Below, piece after piece: positions 52,907 through 62,701 of a stretch of DNA of 64,000 nucleotides (positions are counted from its first letter, which is position 1; every line of letters starts with the position of its first letter). The notes under the pieces were generated by a model. It saw only the letters and a program-made list of their open reading frames with translations, was not told where the DNA came from and did not search any database. The position numbers were made by a program, and so were the translations under genes. This DNA is from an uncultured Chloroflexia bacterium (GTDB lineage: Bacteria; Chloroflexota; Limnocylindria; Limnocylindrales; CSP1-4): the NCBI GenBank assembly GCA_963712745.1, contig CAVQJC010000004.1, positions 192,001 to 256,000 of the forward strand. The letters are read 5' to 3'.

Positions 52907-54172
52907 ATGTCCCTCGTGCGACGCCTGTTCCGAAGGGCACCTGCCGGTTCCGCCAGCGACGCCCATCTCGCGCTCGATATCGGCACCGAGTACGCCAAGG
53001 CCCTGCTCTTCGAGCACGACGACGGCGACGGCACCGTGGTCACCGGCGTCGGCCGTCAGCGACAGGGCCTGTCCCACATGCAGTCGGGCACGGTGGCCGA
53101 CATCCCCGCGGTGGTGAAGAACTGCCGGGCCGCGCTCGACGAGGCCGAGGAGATGTCCGGGCGTGCCGCGGATAAGGTCGTCATCGGCATCGCCGGCGAG
53201 CTGGTCAAGGGCTTCACCACCACCCGCAGCGTCGAGCGCAAGCGACCGGACAGCTCGGTCACCCACTCGGAGCTGGAACGGCTGCTGGAGGAGATCGAGT
53301 CCGACGCCTCGGCCGAGGCCCAGCGGACGATCACCTGGGAGACGGGCCTGCCCAACGTCGACGTGCGGCTGGTGCATGCCAGCGTGGCCTCGGCCGGCAT
53401 CGACGGCTACGCGGTCTCCAACCCGGTCGGCTTCCAGGGCCGCCACCTTCGCATCTCGGTCTTCAACGCCTACGCACCGCTGGTTCACCTGGGCGCGCTC
53501 GAATCGGTCGTGGAGCAGCTCGGCCTTGAGCTCATCAAGGTCGTGGCCGAGCCGTACGCGGTGGCCCGATCGATCTCCGGCGAGCAGGTCGGTCAGTCGG
53601 GCGCACTCTTCATCGACGTCGGGGGCGGTACCACCGACGTCGCACTCGTGCGCTCGGGCTCGGTCGAGGGCACTCGCATGTTCGCCCTCGGTGGCCGCGC
53701 CTTCACCAAGTCGCTGGCAGATCGTCTCGACGTGGGCTTCGAGGCGGCGGAGGCGGTCAAGATCGCCCATGCCGCAGGCAAGGACGTGGAAGACGCCGAC
53801 GAGGTGGCCACCATCATCAGCGAGGACATCGCGGTCTGGGCTGCGGGCGTCGAACTCGTGCTCGAGGAGTTCGGGCAGGCGGGTCTGCTGCCCGGTCGCA
53901 TCGAGCTCTGCGGGGGCGGGGCGGCGCTGCCGGAGATCCGGGCCGCGCTCGAGGACGAGCGGTTCGGCCGCGGCCTGCCCTTCGCGCGGCGCCCGCTGGT
54001 GTCGATGATGGATCCCGACTCGGTCAGCGAGATCACCGACGGGACCGGGCTGCTCGTCGACCAGCAGGACGTGACACCGATGGCCCTGGCCTACCAGGCA
54101 GTGGAGGCGGCCAAGCCCCAGGAGCCGCTCGATGCCGCCCTCACCCGCGTGCTCAAGGGGATGCGCGTCTAG
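52907..54172 (+). CDS. FtsA-like actin-fold ATPase (outside dcw cluster)
   Basis: ALDIGTEY, IDGY.VSNPVGFQG, VVAEPYA, FIDVGGGTTD, LCGGGA. Confidence 0.85.
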   Translation: MSLVRRLFRRAPAGSASDAHLALDIGTEYAKALLFEHDDGDGTVVTGVGRQRQGLSHMQSGTVADIPAVVKNCRAALDEAEEMSGRAADKVVIGIAGELVKGFTTTRSVERKRPDSSVTHSELERLLEEIESDASAEAQRTITWETGLPNVDVRLVHASVASAGIDGYAVSNPVGFQGRHLRISVFNAYAPLVHLGALESVVEQLGLELIKVVAEPYAVARSISGEQVGQSGALFIDVGGGTTDVALVRSGSVEGTRMFALGGRAFTKSLADRLDVGFEAAEAVKIAHAAGKDVEDADEVATIISEDIAVWAAGVELVLEEFGQAGLLPGRIELCGGGAALPEIRAALEDERFGRGLPFARRPLVSMMDPDSVSEITDGTGLLVDQQDVTPMALAYQAVEAAKPQEPLDAALTRVLKGMRV

Positions 54173-54221
54173 CGCGGCGCACCGCTGACGAAGAGTGCCC
54201 CGGTAGGGCAGACTGCGGACG

Positions 54222-55746
54222 ATGGCCGTCTGGTACCTGGACAACGACGACGAGATCACCGATGCCGTCGCACGCCTCCGCGGAGCGGACGACGAGCACG
54301 TGGTCTTCGTGGTGCCGCCGGGCTCCCGTATCGCGACCGGACGCATGAACTTCAAGCTCCTGGCGCGCGAGGCCGAGAACCGCGCCCTGCACCTGGCCAT
54401 CGCCAGTCCCGATGAGCAGGTCCGCGCCCTGGCTGCTTCGGCCGGTGTGCTCGCAGCCGTCACGCCCGACGAGGCGGAAGCCGCGCTCGAGCGCGGTGAC
54501 GAGGCCCCGGCCTCGACAGCGCCTCCGGCCGCCCCCACCATCGTCGCCGGCGAAGCCGGCAACGGCCAGACCAAGTCCGGTTCGGGTGGCGGCGTCCTCA
54601 TGTGGCGCAGCCAGCGCCTGCGCGTCACTACCGTCGTCGTCCTTATCGCCGTGATCATCGGGGGCTATGCCACCCTCCAGACCGTACCTACCGCGGAGGT
54701 CACGCTGAGCCCGCGACTCGCCCTGCTGGGACCGCTGGAGACGACGATCTCGGCGTCCGCCGAGACCTCCACCGTGGACCCCTCTTCTTCGACGGTGCCC
54801 GCCACCGTCATCACGGTGCCGCTCTCGGTGCAGGACGGCTATCCCGCCAGCGGGGTCGAGGCCACCGAGACGCGGGCCACCGGCGAGGTCGTCTTCTCCG
54901 CAACGGACCAGGAGTTCGACCAGGAGATCGCGGCCGGTACGCGCGTGCTGACACCGTCCGGCATAGCCTTCCAGACGACCGAGACGGTGGTGCTGCCGCG
55001 AGGCGATGACTCGGCCAGCGAGATCCGGACGCCGGTCGAGGCGCTCGAGAGCGGGGAGTCTGGGAACGTGCCGGCGGAGGCCATCAGTATCGTGCCCTCG
55101 CTCGAGAGCCAGGGCATCGGCGTAGTCAACCCCGAAGCCGACCGGCGGCGGCCGCTTCGAGGAGGTGCCGTTGGTGACCGCCGCCGACTACGACGCCGCC
55201 GCGGTCGACCTGCGCAACCGGCTGGCCGGGGCCCTGGCCGCGTACCTGCGTGACGAGGCCAACACGCCCGCGGGCCTGACGGTCTATCCGGAGACCGCAC
55301 AGCTTGGCGCCGTCAGCCACGACCCCCCGGCCGACGAGCTGGTGGGCACGCGGGCTGCGGAGTTCACGCTGGGCGGATCGGTGGCGGCGACGGTGATGGC
55401 TGTCGACGAAGCAAACGTGGACCAGGTCACTCGCACGCTCCTGCTCCTGTCAGCGCCCGCGGGCACGGAGGTCATGGTCGAGAGCGTGGCAGTGACCCAC
55501 GGCGAGGGCGTCGTCGACGGCGACCGCATCGTGTTTGACGGCACCGCCAGCGGCAGTACCGTGCAGCTCATCGACCCCGATGAGCTGCGCACGAAGATCG
55601 CTGGCCTGCCGGTTTCCGAAGCGCAGGCCATACTGGAGGGGCTCGGGACAGCGACCGTGAACGTCTGGCCCGGGTTCTTGGGCGATCTGCCGAACGATCG
55701 CGAACGCATCACGCTCGATGTCCTCGAGGCATCGACCATGGAGTGA
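54222..55746 (+). CDS. membrane-anchored baseplate J/gp47-like protein, +1 frameshift near 55130
   Basis: Cytoplasmic YLDNDDEITD...NFKLL.REA domain, one TM, ATGEVVF...AGTRV.T.SG..FQT...VEA.E.GESGNV...VVNP; continues TGGGRFEEVPLVT..DYD in next frame. Confidence 0.75.
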
Positions 55747-55791
55747 GTCAACGTACCCCATGACCGTCGACACGCACCCGCGCGCGCCGAG

Positions 55792-56259
55792 GTGCCGGTG
55801 ACCGTGCTACTCGGTATCGATCTCGGCGACCGCCGCATCGGCGTTGCCAGCGGTGACACCACCACCGGATCCGTCAGACCACTGCTCACCTTGCGCCGCG
55901 GCACGCCCGCGCAGGATGCCGAGGCCATCGGCCGCATCTGCGAGGAGCGCCGAGCCAACGCCCTCGTGGTGGGGCTGCCCCTGCACATCGATGGCAGCGA
56001 GAGCGAGCAGTCAAAGCGCACGCGCGCCTGGGTGGCCACGGTGGCGCCGGCCCTGGGCCTGCCGGTGTCGCTGCGCGACGAACGCCTCACCAGCGCCACT
56101 GCCGAAGCGAGCATGGGCCCGCCACCTCGCGGGCGTGCCGGCGGTCCGCCTTCGGCAACAGCGCGCAGGGCCTGGCGGGCCCGCGTCGACCGCGAAGCCG
56201 CCGCCGCCATCGTCCAGAGCGAGCTCGACGCTCGTGCAGCCACGGAGGTGAATACGTGA
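55792..56259 (+). CDS. ruvX: YqgF/RuvX pre-16S rRNA nuclease
   Basis: LGIDLGDRRIGVA, VVGLPL, DERLTS, VDREAA. Confidence 0.93.
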   Translation: MPVTVLLGIDLGDRRIGVASGDTTTGSVRPLLTLRRGTPAQDAEAIGRICEERRANALVVGLPLHIDGSESEQSKRTRAWVATVAPALGLPVSLRDERLTSATAEASMGPPPRGRAGGPPSATARRAWRARVDREAAAAIVQSELDARAATEVNT

Positions 56260-57560
56260 GCAGCCCGCCAGAAGGCGGCAACGGCCGCGTCGGCATCGTC
56301 GAGGGCTGGGAGCTCCGCCAGCATCGTCAGCAGGATGCCAATTCGGGCGCGTTCAAGGGCCTGGTCTTCGTCGTCGTGGCGCTGCTGCTCATCGTCGTCG
56401 GCGGTTGGTTCGCGGCGCGTCCGATGGTCGGGCCCTTCCTCACGGACGTCTTCGCTGAGAGCCCCGGCATCATCAACCTGCCGGTGGCCGGCGACCTCAT
56501 CGCGGCGGAGTTCGCCGACCGTCTCGACAAGTCCGCCGCCGATAGCGACCGCGAGATCGAGTTCGTGGTCGAGACCGGTCAGTCGGTCGACGAGATCCAA
56601 GAGGCCCTCGTCGAAGCGGGCCTTCTCGCCGACGAGCCTGCCTTCAAGTACGCGGTCGTGCGAGACCGGGTCGACCAGCTCATCAAGGCTGGCACCTACA
56701 CCATGACCCCGCGCATCACGCCCGCAGGCATCGCAGCTCGCCTCGAGGGCGATCCCGATCCGCCCACGCCGGTGACGACGCTGGACATGCGCCTGGGCCG
56801 TCGCATCGAACAGGTCGTGGCCTACCTCCAGCAGGAGACCGAAGAGGTCGGCCTCGAGCTGGACCCCAAGGAATTCCTGCGCCTGGCACGCAGTCCCAGC
56901 GAAGCGCTGCGCAAGCGATACGCCTTCCTGAAGCAAGCGCCGGACGGCAGCAGCCTGGAGGGCTTCCTCTACGGAGGCACATACGAGGTACCCGTCGACA
57001 TCACGTCCGAGGAGCTCATCGGCCTGATGCTGGGCAAGTGGGATGACGCGGCCAGCAGGTACCTGGCCCAGTCGCGCAAGCAGGGCAAGGACTTCTACGA
57101 CGTGCTCACCATCGCCAGCCTGGTGGAGCGCGAGGCCAAGGCGGACAGCGACCGTGCCAAGATCGCCGGCGTCTACTGGAACCGACTCAATCCCAAGATC
57201 AACAAGCAGACCGACGGGCTGCTACAGGCCGACCCCACCGTGGTCTACGCCACCGACTCCATGGCGCTCGAGAAGGTCCCCGTCAAGAATTGGGACGAGT
57301 ACGTCTTCTGGGACCTGCTCGGTATCAGCGACTACTCGACGGTGGACGTCGACAAGAGGTACGAGTCCTTCCAGACCTACCAGAACCCGGGCCTGCCAGA
57401 TCTGCCCATCGTGAGCCCGTCGGCGAAGTCGTTGGCGGCTGCGCTCAATCCGAACACCAAGTCGAAGAACCTGTTCTTCTATGCCTGCCCCGGTTCGGAC
57501 ACGCACAAGTTCGCCAAGACCTTCAAGCAGCACCAGCGCAACATCAATAGCTGCAAGTAA
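56256..57560 (+). CDS. mltG: endolytic transglycosylase MltG
   Basis: N-terminal TM, KAGTY, LEGFL, TIASLVEREA, VYWNRL, LQADPT, TY.NPGLP, LFF. Confidence 0.93.
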   Translation: MSSPPEGGNGRVGIVEGWELRQHRQQDANSGAFKGLVFVVVALLLIVVGGWFAARPMVGPFLTDVFAESPGIINLPVAGDLIAAEFADRLDKSAADSDREIEFVVETGQSVDEIQEALVEAGLLADEPAFKYAVVRDRVDQLIKAGTYTMTPRITPAGIAARLEGDPDPPTPVTTLDMRLGRRIEQVVAYLQQETEEVGLELDPKEFLRLARSPSEALRKRYAFLKQAPDGSSLEGFLYGGTYEVPVDITSEELIGLMLGKWDDAASRYLAQSRKQGKDFYDVLTIASLVEREAKADSDRAKIAGVYWNRLNPKINKQTDGLLQADPTVVYATDSMALEKVPVKNWDEYVFWDLLGISDYSTVDVDKRYESFQTYQNPGLPDLPIVSPSAKSLAAALNPNTKSKNLFFYACPGSDTHKFAKTFKQHQRNINSCK

Positions 57561-57631
57561 CCGCCGTCGAGGCGCCTGACCGGCGCCGCACCGCCCATCG
57601 CCACCAGCCCAAAGGGAGAACGTCACCACCC

Positions 57632-58189
57632 ATGATCTCAGTCGGAGACCTGCGCAGGGGCATCGTCATCGAGCTCGATGACGAGCTCTGGCAGATCCTG
57701 GAGTTCCACCACATCAAGATGGCCCGGGGCTCGGCCCAGATCCGGATCAAGCTGAAGAACGTCAAGCGCGGGCAGACCGTCGAGCGCACCTTCCAGGCCA
57801 CGGCCAAGTGGCCGCGCGCCATCCTCGAGACTCGTCCCGTGCAGTTCCTGTACCAGGACGGCGACGAGTACCACTTCATGGAGAACGAGACGTACGAGCA
57901 GTTCCACCTGACCGGGGAGCAGCTCGGCGATGTGACCCAGTACCTGGTCGAAGGCATGTCGGTCGACCGCACCACCTACGAGGGTGAGACGATCGGGGTC
58001 GACCTGCCCATCTCGGTGGAGCTGAAGGTGGTCGAGACCGAGCCCGGCTTCGCCGGCGACACCCAGTCGGGTGCCAAGAAGCCGGCCACGCTCGAGTCCG
58101 GCCTTGTCGTCCAGGTGCCGATCTTCATCGGTGAGGGAGACACCATCAAGGTCGACACACGCACCGGGGAATACCAGACCCGCGTGTAG
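57632..58189 (+). CDS. efp: elongation factor P
   Basis: FLYQDG..YHFM..ETYEQ, EPGFAGDT, KPATLESG...VP.FI..G..IKVDTR.GEY. Confidence 0.97.
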   Translation: MISVGDLRRGIVIELDDELWQILEFHHIKMARGSAQIRIKLKNVKRGQTVERTFQATAKWPRAILETRPVQFLYQDGDEYHFMENETYEQFHLTGEQLGDVTQYLVEGMSVDRTTYEGETIGVDLPISVELKVVETEPGFAGDTQSGAKKPATLESGLVVQVPIFIGEGDTIKVDTRTGEYQTRV

Positions 58190-58198
58190 CGGCCACTC

Positions 58199-59602
58199 AT
58201 GGAGCCGCGCAGCCTCTGGGACGACCCGCCTCCAGCGCCCGAGCGCGCTGAGGCTCCGCTGCCGCCTGAGCCCGGCTCCAAACCCCCGGCCGTGACAGAA
58301 GGCCCCGCGGGACCGACGGTGCTCTCGGTGGCCGCACTCAATCGACTGGTACGGGAAACACTGCGCCGGCAACCTCGCCTCAGTCCGGTGTGGGTCGAAG
58401 GTGAGATCGGCAGCGTCTCGGTCAGTGCTGCCGGCCACGCGTACTTCACGCTCAAGGACGACAAGGCCCAGCTGCGCTGCGTCGTCTTTCGCGAGGAGCG
58501 ACTGGCGCTGCCGCTGGAGCCGCGAACCGGATTGCGGGTGGTGGCCCAGGGCCGGATCGACGTCTTCGAGCAGCAGGGTGCCTACCAGCTCTACGTCGAC
58601 TCGCTACAGCCCGCGGGCGTCGGCGACCTGGCCCAGCGCTACGAGGCGCTGAAGGCGGAGCTGGAAGCCGAGGGCCTCTTCGACAGCTCGCGCAAGCGCG
58701 CGCTGCCGCCCTGGCCGAGGACCATCGGCGTGGTCACCTCCCTGAGTGGGGCCGTCCTCCACGACATCCAGCGCGTCATCGACCGGCGCTGGCCGTTGGC
58801 GCGGCTGCTCGTCAGCGCCTGCCGCGTGCAGGGTGCGGGGGCAGAGGCCTCGATCGTACGCGCCCTGCGCCGGCTGGGACGCTGGACCGACCCCGAGAGC
58901 GGACGAGCCGTGGACGTGGTCATCGTGGCGCGCGGGGGTGGCTCGCTCGAGGACCTCTGGGCGTTCAACGAAGAAGCGGTCGTGCGTGCCATCGCGACTC
59001 ACCCTCGCCCGGTCATCGTGGGCGTCGGCCACGAGACCGACGTGACGCTGGCCGAGTTCGCCGGCGACAGGCGTGCCGCCACGCCGTCGGTGGCGGCGGA
59101 GCTGGCGGTCCCGGACCGGGCCGCTCAACGCCAGCAGCTGCGAGCGCTCGAGGCTGCGCTATCGGTGGGTGCGGGCCGGCGGCTGGGCAGCACGCGCGCG
59201 GCGCTGGAGACGGAGCGACGTGCCCTCGAGACGTTCCGGCCCGGTGCCTACCTGGCTACCGAGCGTGAGCGCGTCGGGCTGCTCCTCGACCGGGCCTCGC
59301 GTGCCCTGCTGGGACGCCTCGCGGCAGATCGGGCCATGTTGGACCGCAGCGCCGACGGCCTGCCGTCCCTGCTGCGGACTCGCACCGCTGGCGCCCGCTC
59401 GGAGCTGACCCGCTATGCGGCCGGCCTGACTGCCCTCGACCCCTTCGGCACGCTCGAGCGCGGCTACGCCATCGTGCGCACGACCGATGGTCACGTGGTC
59501 GTCGACGCCGCCGGCCGTGTCCCCGGCGACCGGCTGGAGGTCCGCCTGGCCAGAGGCCTGTTGGACGTGTCGGTCGATACCGTGCGAGACTCCCGCTCGT
59601 GA
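58199..59602 (+). CDS. xseA: exodeoxyribonuclease VII large subunit
   Basis: WVEGEI, GHAYFTLKD, ARGGGSLEDLW.FNEE, VGHETD, L.RGYAI. Confidence 0.96.
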   Translation: MEPRSLWDDPPPAPERAEAPLPPEPGSKPPAVTEGPAGPTVLSVAALNRLVRETLRRQPRLSPVWVEGEIGSVSVSAAGHAYFTLKDDKAQLRCVVFREERLALPLEPRTGLRVVAQGRIDVFEQQGAYQLYVDSLQPAGVGDLAQRYEALKAELEAEGLFDSSRKRALPPWPRTIGVVTSLSGAVLHDIQRVIDRRWPLARLLVSACRVQGAGAEASIVRALRRLGRWTDPESGRAVDVVIVARGGGSLEDLWAFNEEAVVRAIATHPRPVIVGVGHETDVTLAEFAGDRRAATPSVAAELAVPDRAAQRQQLRALEAALSVGAGRRLGSTRAALETERRALETFRPGAYLATERERVGLLLDRASRALLGRLAADRAMLDRSADGLPSLLRTRTAGARSELTRYAAGLTALDPFGTLERGYAIVRTTDGHVVVDAAGRVPGDRLEVRLARGLLDVSVDTVRDSRS

Positions 59603-59898
59603 CCGAGACACCGACGGACGCCGCGAAGGCCGCGGGCCCCGACAGCACCCCCGACATCGCCTCGTTGACCTTCGACAAGGCGCTCGAAGAACTCCGCCTC
59701 GTGGTGGCCCGCCTCGAGGAGGGCGGCCTCCCGCTGGAGGAGTCGATCGCCCTCTATGAGCGCGGCGCCGCCCTGCACGAACACTGCGGGCGGCTGCTCG
59801 ACTCGGCCGAGCTGCGGGTGCAGCGTCTCGTCGACGGCGCCGGCGGCAGCGCGCCACGGGTGATGGACCTGCGCCCGGACGACGGCGACGAGCTCTAG
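59599..59898 (+). CDS. xseB: exodeoxyribonuclease VII small subunit
   Basis: TFDKALEEL..VV.RLE.G.LPLEESIALYERG. Confidence 0.93.
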   Translation: MTETPTDAAKAAGPDSTPDIASLTFDKALEELRLVVARLEEGGLPLEESIALYERGAALHEHCGRLLDSAELRVQRLVDGAGGSAPRVMDLRPDDGDEL

Positions 59899-59901
59899 CC
59901 C

Positions 59902-61884
59902 ATGGTCACGCTGCGTGACCTCCGTGGACCGGAGGACCTCAAGGACATCAGCCACGGAGAAGCCCGAGCGCTGTGCACGGAGATCCGCCGCGAGATCATC
60001 GACACCGTGGCTGCCACCGGCGGACATCTGGGCAGCTCGCTGGGTGTGGTCGAGCTGACCGTGGCACTCCACCGCATCCTCGACAGTCCCACCGACCGCA
60101 TCGTCTGGGACACCGGGCACCAGGCCTATGCGCACAAGCTCCTGACCGGCCGACTCGATCGTTTCGGGACGCTGCGCCAGCTGGGTGGCGTCGGCGGCTT
60201 TCCCAGGCGCGAGGAGAGCGTGCACGACGTCATGGACGGTGGCCACGCCGGCACCGGCATCTCCATCGCCGAGGGACTGGCGCTCGCGCGCGATGCCCGG
60301 GGCAGCGGCGAGCGCGTCGCGGTGGTGGTGGGCGACGCGGCCCTGATGAGCGGCCTCTCGCTCGAGGCACTCAACGACATCGGCCACCGCAAGACGCGCA
60401 TGCTCATCCTGCTCAACGACAACGAGATGAGCATCAGCCCATCCGTAGGCGCGGTCAGCCAGTACCTCAGCCGCATCAAGCTGTCACGCCAATGGCGCCG
60501 CTCCAGGCGCCGCTTCGACAGCGACATCGCCCGCATCCCCCGCATCGGGCCGTTCCTGCTGGAGTGGTCCCGCCGCATCCGCCACGCGGTCGTCGACCTC
60601 AGCCAGCCCGGGCGCCTCTTCGAGGACCTGGGCGTTACCTACGTGGGGCCGATCCCCGGTCACGACCTGATCGCGCTCGACAGCACACTGCGCAAGGCCC
60701 TGGAAGAGGAAGAGGCGCCCATCATCGTGCACGTGCGCACGCGCAAGGGCTTCGGCTACCGCCCGGCGGAGGCCGACAAGGTCGGGTTCCACGGTGCGGC
60801 CCTCCCTCCTATGCCCGAGCTGACGGTGGCAGCCTCGGCCGGCAACGGCGCCGCGCCGTCCGATGGCGATGCCGCGCCGCCGGCCCAGGAGCGTGTCGCG
60901 AGCAAGCTGCCCAACTACACCGCGGTCATGGCCGCCGAGCTCGTGCGCATCGCCGAAGAGGACGAGCGCGTGGTGGCCATCACCGCGGGCATGCCCACCG
61001 GTACGGGCGTAGCCGCCTTCGGCGAGCGCTTTCCAAAGCGCACCTACGACGTCGGCATCGCCGAGCAGCACGCCATGACCATGGCGACCGGTCTTGCCTT
61101 GGCTGGCCAGCGGCCGTTCGTGGCGCTCTACTCGACGTTCCTGCAGCGCGCCTTCGACCAGGTGGTCCACGACGTCTGCCAGAACGACACGCCGGTGGTC
61201 ATCGGCATCGATCGCACCGGGCTGGTGGGCGAGGACGGCACCAGCCACCAGGGCATGTTCATGCTTGGGCCCCTGCGCCAGCTGCCCAACCTGGTGATGG
61301 CCGCGCCCCGTCACGAGCAGGACCTGCGGTGCCTGCTGCGCACCGCCTTCGGCCAGGAGCACCCCTTCGCGCTGATGTATCCGCGCGATGCCGGCTTCGG
61401 GCTCGACGACGTCGATCCGGTCCCGCTCGAGGTCGGACGCGGCGAGGTCCTGCGCACCGGTTCAGACATCCTCATCGTCGGCCTCGGTCCCATCGTGGCC
61501 AGGGGCCTGGCCGTGGCCGGGCAACTCAGTACGGACGGCTGGTCGGTCGCTGTCGTCGACGCCCGCTTCGTCCGGCCTATCGACCGCGACCTAATCCTGG
61601 ACCAGGCCCAGGGCAAGCAGCTCGTGGTCACACTCGAGGAGAGCGTGCTGGCCGGTGGCTTCGGCTCGGCGGTGCTGGAGGTGCTGGCCGACGCGGACGC
61701 CGCTACCGCCGCCGTCCCGGTCAAGCGCATCGGCCTGCCTGATGGCAAGTTCGTGGACCACGGTGCGGTCACCGACCTGCGCCGTACCGTGCGCATCGAC
61801 GAGCCCGGCATCAGGTCCCAGGTCGAGGAGGCTCTGACCGCCCACGGGCTGACACCCGGCGCGCGCACCGCTGTCGAGGCCTGA
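59902..61884 (+). CDS. dxs: 1-deoxy-D-xylulose-5-phosphate synthase
   Basis: GGHLGSSLGVVEL, WDTGHQAY.HK, GDAA...NDNEMSIS, DVGIAEQHA, YSTFLQRA.DQ. Confidence 0.97.
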   Translation: MVTLRDLRGPEDLKDISHGEARALCTEIRREIIDTVAATGGHLGSSLGVVELTVALHRILDSPTDRIVWDTGHQAYAHKLLTGRLDRFGTLRQLGGVGGFPRREESVHDVMDGGHAGTGISIAEGLALARDARGSGERVAVVVGDAALMSGLSLEALNDIGHRKTRMLILLNDNEMSISPSVGAVSQYLSRIKLSRQWRRSRRRFDSDIARIPRIGPFLLEWSRRIRHAVVDLSQPGRLFEDLGVTYVGPIPGHDLIALDSTLRKALEEEEAPIIVHVRTRKGFGYRPAEADKVGFHGAALPPMPELTVAASAGNGAAPSDGDAAPPAQERVASKLPNYTAVMAAELVRIAEEDERVVAITAGMPTGTGVAAFGERFPKRTYDVGIAEQHAMTMATGLALAGQRPFVALYSTFLQRAFDQVVHDVCQNDTPVVIGIDRTGLVGEDGTSHQGMFMLGPLRQLPNLVMAAPRHEQDLRCLLRTAFGQEHPFALMYPRDAGFGLDDVDPVPLEVGRGEVLRTGSDILIVGLGPIVARGLAVAGQLSTDGWSVAVVDARFVRPIDRDLILDQAQGKQLVVTLEESVLAGGFGSAVLEVLADADAATAAVPVKRIGLPDGKFVDHGAVTDLRRTVRIDEPGIRSQVEEALTAHGLTPGARTAVEA

Positions 61885-61888
61885 TCGG

Positions 61889-62701
61889 CTGGCCACCACC
61901 AAGCGGCGCAAGCTGCGCCTCGACCAGCTCCTCGTGGAACGAGGGCTCGTGCCCTCGCGTGCTCGCGCCCAGGCCCTGCTGATGGCCGGACAGGTGCGGG
62001 TCGGCGCGGGCGACGCCGCTCGGCGCGACCGGCGCCCGGGCGAGCAGGTGGACTCGGACGTCGAGATCGTCGTGGCGGCCGGCCCCCGCTACGTGTCACG
62101 GGGAGGGGAGAAGCTGGCCGGCGCGCTCGACGCCTTCGGCGTGGACCCGGCGCAGCGCACCTGCCTGGATGTGGGTGCGTCGACCGGCGGCTTCAGCGAC
62201 TGCCTGTTGCAGCGCGGCGCGCGCCGTGTCTATGCTCTCGACGTGGGCCGGGGTCAGCTGGCGGAGTCGCTGCGGCAGGACGGGCGCGTGGTGAGCATGG
62301 AGCGCACCCATGCCGGACGTCTTGACCCTGAGGACGACGAACCGTTGGTGCTGCCGGAGCAGGTCAGCCTGGCCGTGGCCGATGTCTCGTTCATCTCGCT
62401 CACACGCCTGCTTCGCGGCATGGCCGCGCACGTCGAGCCCGGGGGTGACATCCTGCCCATGGTGAAACCGCAGTTCGAGCTCAGCCCTCGCGAGGTGCCT
62501 AAGGGCGTCGTCCGGGACGCGGCCGCCCGAGCGGCCGCCGTCACGCGCGTCCGCGAGCACGCGCTCGAACTGGGCCTCGAAGTCCTTGCCCAGTCCGAGT
62601 CGGTGCTCCTCGGGCCCTCCGGCAACCACGAGTACTTCCTCCATCTGCGGGTGCCCGCCCGCTGGGCGCCGGTGGGCTCCCGCGGGGGACCGGGCACATG
62701 A
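61889..62701 (+). CDS. tlyA: TlyA family rRNA methyltransferase; probable CTG start
   Basis: KLRLDQLLVERGL S4 motif upstream of GTG 61934; YVSRGG.KL, DVGASTGGF.D, DVSFISL, VKPQFE, GN.EY. Confidence 0.93.
   Translation: MATTKRRKLRLDQLLVERGLVPSRARAQALLMAGQVRVGAGDAARRDRRPGEQVDSDVEIVVAAGPRYVSRGGEKLAGALDAFGVDPAQRTCLDVGASTGGFSDCLLQRGARRVYALDVGRGQLAESLRQDGRVVSMERTHAGRLDPEDDEPLVLPEQVSLAVADVSFISLTRLLRGMAAHVEPGGDILPMVKPQFELSPREVPKGVVRDAAARAAAVTRVREHALELGLEVLAQSESVLLGPSGNHEYFLHLRVPARWAPVGSRGGPGT

Noticed and set aside
54222-55746. Prophage or contractile injection system suggested by baseplate-like and holin-like genes
   Set aside because: Both are isolated, membrane-anchored fusions among core genes with no tail, sheath, capsid or lysin genes
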